Assembly (NCBI GenBank): GCA_027923505.1 | Contig: BROI01000004.1 | Location: 1,116,001 to 1,180,000, forward strand | From: Mayamaea pseudoterrestris | Lineage: Eukaryota | Direction: 5' to 3' | DNA length: 64,000 nt | Shown here: in pieces, positions 1 through 8,927 of the stretch | Position numbering within the stretch: position 1 is the stretch's first letter | Layout: the number at the start of each line of letters is the position of its first letter | Made by a program: the position numbers and the translations under genes | The notes under the pieces: model-generated | The model's input: only the letters and a program-made list of their open reading frames with translations | The model's database searches: none | Told to the model about the DNA's origin: nothing

Positions 1-2
1 GT

Positions 3-1705
3 CGACTCGGTAGCGCCTGCTGCTGGATACAAGATCCAGTGACTTTTGTGAAAGCAGTTGTTGTGTCGTCGGCCTCGACGGGCGACATTTTCGTTTGCGA
101 CGCGCACCAGTTGCTGCAAACATTGACGCTGCATGGCACAAACCCAGTGACAACGCTTGTCAATGTTCCGGGACGTGACTGCGTTGTGTCAACCGATAGC
201 AAGGGCATTATTGAAGTATGGTCGACGGCGAGTGTTGCAGCATCATCATCATTGTCGAGTAGTAGTGCCATGGCAAGGGACGAAGGTAGTGGAGGCGAAA
301 ACGACGACGACGACGACAACGACACGGATCATGGCGCCACTGTACTTTCCATTGGTGGACCATGCACAGCAAGTCGCAATGGAGTTAGTTACACTTCCAA
401 AATGGACACTGACTTGTACGAATTGGTGCGAAAAAAGACGTACTGCATTGCTTCGGCGGCGACTCGCACCCACGTGGCCTTGCTGTGCGCGGATTTGAAG
501 ATTCGTTTGTTGGAACATTCGTCTGGCAAGTTGATTGTAACGTTTGATGAACGACCCAAAGTCTACGACCAATCGTATGCGCTGCATGGAATTGATGCCA
601 TGGAGTATGGACGTCGTGCTGCTCTGGATCGAGAAATGATGGCAAGCATGCTGGAACAATCCAATACACCATTGTCAACATCGGCGCCGCCGTCGTCGTT
701 TCAGCAAGTGACAATTCAGTTTGACCCCTCCGGCAAGCACTTGCTGATTCCAACAGTCATGGGAATCAAAGTGCTGGACTGGGTTCGTCGCAAGCTTGTG
801 GGTTGGATTGGACGAGCCGATGCGAGCCAGTGTCGGTTCATTGCAATTTGTCTGGCTCCAGGCGATGCCAAGATGAATCAACAAATACTACTCGCCCGCA
901 AGGCATCCACCAAGACGAGTGCCGGTATGGAAGCTGATGCAGCTGCGAATGAAGATCAGCACGTAAAATCGGATGCTCTAGTCGTTGCCTTGGCGCATGA
1001 CAAGCGTCGCTTCTATGTGTTTAGCCACGTCGATCCAGTGCTTGATCCAGACGCACCCGAAGATGTTTTGACGCGACGAGATATTTGGAACGAGGCGCCT
1101 ACGGTGGATGACCGGCGATATCACAGCGACGTCCACGCATCGGCGGACAATTCCAAGACGGCGACGAAAGCTATTCTGCGGACGACAATGGGGGATATTC
1201 ACATTCAGCTCTTTGCGCAGCAAGTTCCAAAGACTATTGAAAATTTTGTTGGGCACTCACGGTCTGGTTACTACGATGGTGTAATCTTTCATCGAGTCAT
1301 TAAAGGTTTTATGCTTCAGGTGAGTACTTGCTACATGCAGGCGACCGTCTGTGTGTCATATCAAATGTACTTCTCACCGTTACTTTGCATTACTAGACGG
1401 GCGATCCGCTTGGTGATGGTACTGGCGGCGAAAGCATCTGGGGTGGCGACTTTGAAGACGAGTTCGTTCCAGGTTTACGACATGATCGTCCATTCACCGT
1501 CTCCATGGCTAACTCTGGACCAAACACGAATGGTTCCCAATTTTTCATCACGACGACACCGACTCCATGGCTGGATAACAAGCATACTGTATTTGGGCGC
1601 GTGGTACAAGGAATGGATATTTGCATGCAGATTGAGAATATGAAGACGGACGATCTTGACAAGCCTTTAGACGAGATTCGAATACAGAACGTTGATCTAG
1701 TATAG
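3..1705 (+). CDS. PPWD1: WD40-repeat cyclophilin-type peptidyl-prolyl isomerase (spliceosomal), 5'-partial; intron 1320-1396
   Basis: Frame is open from the window start. Motifs [27 protein letters not shown] and [12 protein letters not shown]. Splicing GTGAGT..TACTAG restores [43 protein letters not shown]. Confidence 0.93.
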
Positions 1706-1930
1706 AACTTTTCTAGAAAAATCTGTTAAATGACACATCCTTCGTTTACGAGAAGGATTGTAAAGCACTTACAAAATTGATGTGGTGTGGGCTTTCCTGA
1801 GAACAGTACTCTCGCCCGACACTTTAGGATGCATTAAGTCTCGCTCTTTGCATTAGCCACCAACGTCATGATGTGCGCTCCGTCCACGCAGATGTTTTAA
1901 AAAAAGCATGCCAGCAAACTAATGCAACCA

Positions 1931-3700
1931 TCATATTGGCACGTTGCAAGTGCAGTTGCAATCGCATTGGACGTTGCTGCATTCAATGACAATATTGTTA
2001 GTCGCATCAAGCTGAGCAAAATGCTTGCAAACACTCTCTGGAATGCTGCCGGACATTCTCGTATCAAAAATGCGCAAGTCTGACAGTTGCGACAAGTTAC
2101 CGAACTCAAAAGGCAGTGAGCCGCTGATCCGATTGTCAGATACATCCAAGGCTCGTAGACCCGCCATTTTGCTCAGCTGTCTAGGGAGAGAACCCGATAA
2201 GCGATTGTTATTCAGAGAAATGGTCATTAAATCCGTCAGTTGACTCAGTTGGATTGGAATCGTGCCATTTAGAAGGTTATGTGAAGCACGAAAGTACGAA
2301 AGGTGATCTGACGATGCTATTTCCGAGGACAACGTTCCCGTCAATCGATTCATTCCAACATCGAGCTGGCGCGTACTCTGCATCCCAAGAATTTGTGGCG
2401 GTATTGTTCCAGTCAAAGTGTTGTTCGATAAAACTAAATGTTCGAGTCTCTTCAGACCGCCCAAAGCGGACGGTATCGTGCCAGAAAAGAGATTGTCGTT
2501 GGCGTTGAAGATCTTTAGCGCCGACATGCGACCGAGTTCGGAAATCAGGCTGCCGGAGAAGCGGTTGTCATTGATACGCATGTACATGGTGTCCGTCATC
2601 AATCCGAGTTCACTAGGCAAGCTTCCAGTCAAGTTGTTGCTAAACAGCTCCAACGTCACAACCTTTTGCCAGCTTTCCCATACTTTTGCAGAGACTTGGC
2701 CATTCAGCGAGTTTGCGCCAAGTTTGACGCGCGTCAATGTTGTCACAAGGGCAAGCTCCTGCGGAATCTCGCCAACTAGTCCATTGCTAGACAAATCCAA
2801 ATGACGAAAGCCCTCCTCGTTGCATGAACTTGTATGTGTGCTATAGGATACAGGAGCAGATATACTTCGTGACCACCACTCGCATACAGGCGCTTCAGTG
2901 AGCCAGTTGGTATTATTCTTCCAGTTTGATCCATTCGTCGAGTAAAACAGAGTCGCCAGCGCAAATAAAAGCGTTGCATCCGTCACTGATTGCGACTCGA
3001 GCGTGGGTTGTGACAAGAGCCACTTCCATGCCTTGCCTTGCGGCGACTGAGGTTGAAGCACTTCAGAGTGGTTCCAGCATTCATCCAGATACCAATTCGC
3101 AACATCTTCTCCATCATGCGGTAATTCGTCTTGTAGAATCTGTTGAGTAACGTTTGACAAGCTCATGGCAAGTTTTTCAATCAAGCTTGGCATTGTAAAG
3201 GTTGTTGACAACAAAGGCTCCGTTGTTGATCCAGTCGACTGCTGATTCGAAAACCCGAGCACAATACCCACGACACTGGCCGTGAGCAAAAACGTTCCAA
3301 GCGTAAAGCACCATATGACATGTCTCCGTTTCACGTAGTATCCTTCCACGGCAATGGCAGGCACAAACTCCACAATCACTGACCCAGTGTTGGATTCCGT
3401 CATGATGGAGGCAACGTCGTCGGCATGCTCCACGTCTCCTATCAGTGCAGGATAACTTTGGCATGCTACTTCAGTGCCTTCCATGTTGTTTTGATCAGTC
3501 TTGCGATTACAAGTAGTAGATGAAGACTTGTCAACGACGTGCCAATGTTGATCATGGAGGAAATTGACAAGAGCTTTTCGCATGTGGCCGCGCAAGAAAA
3601 CGGAAGCCTTGTGATTCCCGACTGGAATGGGGCAATATTGGAGCGATCCTGAATGCACGCGTCCATACGCCACTGACACATCATCAGCTGTTTCCTGCAC
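1931..3700 (-). CDS. Membrane-anchored (type II) leucine-rich-repeat receptor-like protein of an expanded diatom family; true start uncertain (ORF track uses GTG; ATG at 3484 possible)
   Basis: KRR followed by a TM helix, then SPQGKAW.WL, ALATLFYSTNG.NW, plant-type LRRs (LxLxxNxLxGxIP) and C-terminal CDCNCTC. Paralog of 39069-41147. Confidence 0.85.
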   Translation of the reverse strand: MQETADDVSVAYGRVHSGSLQYCPIPVGNHKASVFLRGHMRKALVNFLHDQHWHVVDKSSSTTCNRKTDQNNMEGTEVACQSYPALIGDVEHADDVASIMTESNTGSVIVEFVPAIAVEGYYVKRRHVIWCFTLGTFLLTASVVGIVLGFSNQQSTGSTTEPLLSTTFTMPSLIEKLAMSLSNVTQQILQDELPHDGEDVANWYLDECWNHSEVLQPQSPQGKAWKWLLSQPTLESQSVTDATLLFALATLFYSTNGSNWKNNTNWLTEAPVCEWWSRSISAPVSYSTHTSSCNEEGFRHLDLSSNGLVGEIPQELALVTTLTRVKLGANSLNGQVSAKVWESWQKVVTLELFSNNLTGSLPSELGLMTDTMYMRINDNRFSGSLISELGRMSALKIFNANDNLFSGTIPSALGGLKRLEHLVLSNNTLTGTIPPQILGMQSTRQLDVGMNRLTGTLSSEIASSDHLSYFRASHNLLNGTIPIQLSQLTDLMTISLNNNRLSGSLPRQLSKMAGLRALDVSDNRISGSLPFEFGNLSQLSDLRIFDTRMSGSIPESVCKHFAQLDATNNIVIECSNVQCDCNCTCNVPI

Positions 3701-3854
3701 ACCCCAACATTATTCCAGTGCTGCTGCGACTTGCTTCAGCTTCCCTCGACTCGAGCCATCATCATGACGAACGGCAGCGCAGGTGCAAATTGATGCCTCA
3801 ATCCCTATATTTACAGTGCAATATTACCATACTTAACCTTGATACACAGCAACC

Positions 3855-6533
3855 ATGACTGATACTGCCATAGAGAGTTTCCCATCATCTGACTCTGAGC
3901 CGCAGCTCCAACAGAATTCTCCGAGTCGCACCAGCAGCATGCAAAGCTTTGCGGCCGACGATGACAACGCCGCAGTCATGGCGCTGGCGTCCAAGCTCGC
4001 TCCCGTCCTGCAGCAAGCCGACGAACTGTTTCACGTTCCGGCCGAATTTTACAGAGCCGATAATGATGTCGACTACGATGACGATTTAGGTGAGGAGGTG
4101 CAAGCCTTGCATATCTCCGAGCAGCTTTTGAGGGAAGAGATGGAATTGGCAAGTGACTTTAGCAATCTATTTTCGTCGCCTCGATTCTCCTTTGAGCGCG
4201 ACGACGAGGACGAGGACAATCTACTAGTCACTCCGACGGCGGAAGGCGCCAATTCAGTGGTTCGCCGTCGGTTCTCGTGGAACAACGACAATATTCCATC
4301 CGTGCTGGATGCAGCAACTAATACCATGGAGGCAGACTTTGATGACTCGGAGCAGCAGCAAGTGCCAGAGCAAGAGCTGCTTGATAGTAATAATAATACT
4401 AATCGAACGAAGAAGTCGAGTCTTCAAGTTCAAACAAGCCTCATGACTCCGCCCCGAAATCCAAATTCGTCGGTTCATTCCGTGCTTTCGCCAATTCCCA
4501 TTGTCTCGGCATCGGGAGCGCATTCCGTCGCCAATCCACCCGCTTCTTCGAGTGGTGTCATTGTGGCGACTCCGGAAAGCTCCTCCAAGGCGTACTACAC
4601 CAACTGGGATCATTTGAAAACATTGGCAGTGGATGCCGAAAGCAAGGGGTGGTACTCTGTCGATTTGACGCCAGTTATAGTTGCTTCCATAGAATCTTTT
4701 GCGTCGCCACCGCCGCCAAGTACACTGAAAGAGTTTTGCTTGTCCATTCCCGAAGCAAGGTTCAAACACTTGTTTGTGGGATTACCGGAGAATGGCGCGC
4801 ATTTGAGCGGCGGCACGCCTAGTGCGGCAACGTTAGCCACTCCGGTACTTCCGGTCCGCACCTTGACGATAAGGATTCGACCCGATGTACTCTGCGGAGC
4901 CGTCATGGATAGTGTTCATCAAACACTGCAAAACTTGTCGGCGACAATAATCAAGCGACAGGGTGGGCATTTGAAGGCAAGCATTCCATCTGCAACGTAT
5001 GTACCATTGACGAAGGAGAATGATAACAATCATGCCGGCGAAATAATAGAAGCAAACACAAATACCAGGTCATATCCAGGCTTTTTCGCCGACATTCAAC
5101 TTTGCACGAGCAAGTCGGATCATTGTGCCCGCACGTTGCTCATGCGCATTTATCACGATACGCATCAGTTTGATTTACACTCACAGCGGCGACTTGACGA
5201 TAATGAAACGCTCGACGATTTGCTGGCAACAACGCCAGTTCAAAACCAACTACTGTTGGAGGAACTAGTGGACGAGACGGCGTCCATTCGATTGCGAGAA
5301 GCGTGCGCACTGATTCAGCGCATTGAATCGCCAAGGAAGCGACCGAAACGAATCGATGCGACGCCGAGAAGCGTGCAGGACATGAAGCAGCTTGTTTCGG
5401 ATCACTTGTTGTCCAACTACAATGCATGCCCTTCGGCCGAGGATGGGTCCGTGACAATGCCTGGTCTAAATTCGTACGATTGGGCAGTGATTGTTTCCTC
5501 GTGGCGATTGATTCGGCTCGTCTGGGATGAATTACAAGATCGAGACTTGACGTTTCTGAGCCTCTGCAACAATTGGTTCGGCGCCTTTCCGGCATTGCCC
5601 ACGTTGGATGTCCATTACTGCTCGCAAATTCGCCGCTTGTCGCGAGAGGGAATGATTGTTGAATTGCTCAAGAGTGCATCTGAGCTTGAAGATTACGCTC
5701 GAGAAGCTGAGTATTCTTGCGCCAATTTGATATCCTTACTCCAACCAACATTTGAAACGTATGGAATTGTGGCCCCGTCGCTGCCAAAAGCGACGCCGTT
5801 AACGGCCTATCCTTTGGAGTTTACGGCTCCGCAGCAAGCTTGTCCGCCCTGGGGACAAAAGGTACTATCGGCGCTCAACGAAATTCAGTCATGGACAAGC
5901 GAAGTCAATACACAAATGGACCATCTGGGTGAGCCGAACCATTTGGATGCCGAGTCATGTAAGAGTTCGCTGGATATGGCGGAGAAGGCGGTGTACTCGG
6001 TGCTGCGAGCCTTCCAGATGCAGGACGACGAGGAAAAGAGCGCCCGGCTCGGTCGAAAGAATGTCCAAGTCATTGATCGATTGGCAAAAATGGAGGAGCA
6101 TCAACTCGTTTCGATACGTACACTTGACGAGGCGCATTTGCAGTCAGACAAGGCGGCACTGGCTGCCAAGGACTTTGAAAGCAAGTCGGGAGTCATGGAA
6201 GTACCTCTTATCAAATGGAGCATTGTTGTAGGAGGATCGACTGGCACTTGCTTTGTCACAGCCAGACGCATCTTGTTCATCACGCAACTAATTCCTGTCA
6301 TTGGTGGAAGCAAGATATCCGTGTGGGATTTGCAAGAAGTTGATTTTACCGTCCAAGAAAGTGCTGCATCTATGCTGAATCCACTACCAACGATCATTAG
6401 TGTGATAAAGGATGGACGTGAAGTGTATAGCTTCCGGCCATCCATGGGAGGATCGAGGCTGAAATCATTCCTTGACATTGTCAAGGCTACGTCAAAGAGT
6501 CTTCCGCCAAGAGCAATGAATGGTGAAGTATAA
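3855..6533 (+). CDS. Hypothetical 892-aa protein: disordered N-terminus, helical middle, possible PH/GRAM-like C-terminus
   Basis: Long intact ORF with ATG start. The C-terminal GTCFVTARRILF..YSFRPS segment is beta-rich; the fold assignment is inference only. Confidence 0.75.
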   Translation: MTDTAIESFPSSDSEPQLQQNSPSRTSSMQSFAADDDNAAVMALASKLAPVLQQADELFHVPAEFYRADNDVDYDDDLGEEVQALHISEQLLREEMELASDFSNLFSSPRFSFERDDEDEDNLLVTPTAEGANSVVRRRFSWNNDNIPSVLDAATNTMEADFDDSEQQQVPEQELLDSNNNTNRTKKSSLQVQTSLMTPPRNPNSSVHSVLSPIPIVSASGAHSVANPPASSSGVIVATPESSSKAYYTNWDHLKTLAVDAESKGWYSVDLTPVIVASIESFASPPPPSTLKEFCLSIPEARFKHLFVGLPENGAHLSGGTPSAATLATPVLPVRTLTIRIRPDVLCGAVMDSVHQTLQNLSATIIKRQGGHLKASIPSATYVPLTKENDNNHAGEIIEANTNTRSYPGFFADIQLCTSKSDHCARTLLMRIYHDTHQFDLHSQRRLDDNETLDDLLATTPVQNQLLLEELVDETASIRLREACALIQRIESPRKRPKRIDATPRSVQDMKQLVSDHLLSNYNACPSAEDGSVTMPGLNSYDWAVIVSSWRLIRLVWDELQDRDLTFLSLCNNWFGAFPALPTLDVHYCSQIRRLSREGMIVELLKSASELEDYAREAEYSCANLISLLQPTFETYGIVAPSLPKATPLTAYPLEFTAPQQACPPWGQKVLSALNEIQSWTSEVNTQMDHLGEPNHLDAESCKSSLDMAEKAVYSVLRAFQMQDDEEKSARLGRKNVQVIDRLAKMEEHQLVSIRTLDEAHLQSDKAALAAKDFESKSGVMEVPLIKWSIVVGGSTGTCFVTARRILFITQLIPVIGGSKISVWDLQEVDFTVQESAASMLNPLPTIISVIKDGREVYSFRPSMGGSRLKSFLDIVKATSKSLPPRAMNGEV

Positions 6534-6593
6534 ATTATGTTTATGTCTCATTAAATATTCTGTGTTACTGTTAATACCAACTTTGTATCAGCG

Positions 6594-7968
6594 TTAATCG
6601 ACTTCATCACTCGTTTCAATAGCAATTTGTAGTAGCTTTGCTTCCGCCATGAGCTGTTCCCTCGCGGCGCCGCTCGCCTCGACACTGTTTGACGCGACAA
6701 TCTCACGTCGCTCATGTTCCGGCAAGCTAGCTAAATATACAATGAACAAGACTTCTTTTGCTCGCAGATCCAGCGTTCGCAAATCGTGTGGTCCGCAGCT
6801 GCAGCATTGCTGCGACTCGAAACGTGGCGTTGCAGCCGGAAGCAACTTGGCGATCAGTGCTCGAACGCTGTTTATTAAATCTATCAGTTCCCCTTCATCC
6901 GGCGTTGGTTTTGAACGTAGCTTGATGAGCGTCCATACTCGACTAGCATCGATTCCGTCCGTCCAGTACTGCAACACATCTTCCCAGGTTATACGAGAGT
7001 GCTCATCGATTGCTTTCTTTTCCAAAAGGTACTTCTTGTAGTGTCGTCTGATAGAAGCTTGCTCCATGGTTGATCGCAGCAAGACGGACACCGGCAAGCT
7101 CTCCAAACTACCGGTACTAGTCGCGTCATGGTCATCACATTCTCTCTGGTGACTGAGCATGACAAAGCCTCTCGATTTGCCAGTGTCATGGTCCACTGAT
7201 TGCATGGCCTCATACAGCAGCGGCACGCGCACCCAGTGCACGCCATACTTGAAGCGGGCCGTGTCCAGTATCAATACGGCATCGGATGCAACGTCGTAGG
7301 CGCCAATGGGCGAAAAGTGGCCTTCCCCCGTCTGCTGGAGCGTGCGGCGGTCGTATGAGACGACGAGAACGTGCTGCAAATGGTTATTGCAGTTTTCGTC
7401 ACTGTCGTCGTCTTGAGCGTCATGTTCGTCGTCCACGCATGCCATTTTGACTGCTTCTCGAAAGGTTTCCAAGGACGCATCTTGCGCGTAATGCACTTTG
7501 ACCTTTACACCTTGACATTTTGCGAGACAGGCAAAGGTTGGAAGCGTAATGCCCGTGTGACGAACGGTTTCCAGCGGCACGCAGCAATTGAGCAGCGACT
7601 CGTCGTACCACCGCCAGGAGGTATTTTTCGTTTGTCGTGGATCCAACAAAAAGGCGTTGAGCGCCATGGTCAATGTGCTAATGCCGCAGTAAGCGGGTTC
7701 CGCTTGCGTGACGTGCTGCTGGATCAAGTGGTAAAAGGACTTGAGGCCGCCGTGGTGCAAGGCGGAGGCAAACAAGTCGCGTCCTTTTGGACTTGTCAAT
7801 TGTCAAGGCAATGCAAGAGTCTGGAAGCGGGCGTTGGTAAAAGGTCTTCTTGTTGATGATTTTGGTAGTTGTGCTCATGCTGCTACTCATGCTGAAGGAT
7901 CTTACACAAATGAAGCGATATGAAAGTAGTAGCATGAGATTCCAGCAGAGGATGAAGGGGTTCGTCAT
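6594..7968 (-). pseudogene. PCS: Phytochelatin synthase, frameshifted near the 5' end by a 7-bp tandem duplication
   Basis: Motifs QAEPAYCG (catalytic Cys), WRWYDESLLNCC, GHFSPIGAYD (His) and ILDTARFKY (Asp). The N-terminal TFYQRPLP motif lies in another frame. Removing one TTGTCAA copy (7793-7806) gives a 455-aa ORF from ATG 7968. Confidence 0.85.
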
Positions 7969-8017
7969 GGTTCATGATGATGGATGGAACGGCGAACAAT
8001 GAAGAATGTCGGTGCTC

Positions 8018-8027
8018 GTACCGGTAC
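8018..8027. promoter_or_regulatory. Palindrome GTACCGGTAC in the divergent PCS/SmG promoter
   Basis: The same 10-mer occurs at 24414-24423 (divergent N6AMT1/NCL promoter), and TACCGGTAC occurs at 21170-21178. Function is inferred. Confidence 0.3.
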
Positions 8028-8161
8028 TCGTAAGCTTTCTAGAGAACCGCTACGACATTGTGATGGCGGACCACTCGTCGTCGCTCTCGTCGTCACCATG
8101 ACAAACATCTAGTCGACGCGTTGTTTTTCGTCTCGCTGCTATACTTGTACACAGTTCAAGC

Positions 8162-8564
8162 ATGGCTCCAAAGTTCCAAAAAGGACCAGATCTCAAGCGA
8201 TTCATGGTATGTCTGAATATATGTAAATATGGCTTGACGTTGCATCAAGCAGTGGAATGATGAGGCATTTGCGAAGGCATAGTATGTTTCATTTTGCAAC
8301 TGCTGCTGCAGAGAGATTCATAAATCAATGACTTTCTTCATTCTGACACGCCTCTTATAAATATTTCTCTTTCTCTATCAGGATAAGCGTCTCAAGGTGA
8401 CGCTCAATGGGAATCGAACCGTCCTTGGAACACTGCGAGGGTTTGACGCCTTTCTCAACGTGGTACTGGAGGAGGTGGAGTCGGAGCAGGGTCAATATTT
8501 AGGGCAGACTGTCATTCGAGGAAGCAGTATTGTGCAGTTTGAAGGATTGGAACGAACAAGATGA
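8162..8564 (+). CDS. SNRPG: Small nuclear ribonucleoprotein G (Sm-G); intron 8207-8381; absent from the ORF track
   Basis: Spliced product MAPKFQKGPDLKRFM|DKRLKVTLNGNRTVLGTLRGFDAFLNVVLEEV..TVIRGSSIVQFE contains the Sm1/Sm2 motifs. Intron is GTATGT..ATCAG. Confidence 0.92.
8252..8349 (+). ncRNA. Candidate intronic box C/D snoRNA
   Basis: C box ATGATGA at 8257-8263, D box CTGA at 8343-8346, terminal GTG/CAC pairing, in an unusually long intron. CTGAC may instead be only the branch point. Confidence 0.35.
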
Positions 8565-8927
8565 ATATGCGTGCATTGTGCATGCATGAATGCATTGGGT
8601 TCTTTCGATAAAATATACATGTTAAATGTTAAGCGATCAATTATGTGAAGACGAAACAATTTAAGACTTGGCGATTTAATATATTGTGAATGTGAAATGT
8701 AAACATGTAGTAACGATCAATGGTACTATAATCAGTACCTTGAATGCTACGTTCGATTGATAGGAGTGTGCCTGTCGTCGACGTGTCATACACTGTGCTT
8801 CTTGCTGTCCAGCTTCCCCTACGATTATTGTGTTACACATTAAAGAGAGTAACAATGCCCACACAAATACAATCTTTTATAAAGGTATTTCATCATCTAC
8901 ACTTTACAGGAGTCACTGGTCTCGTTA

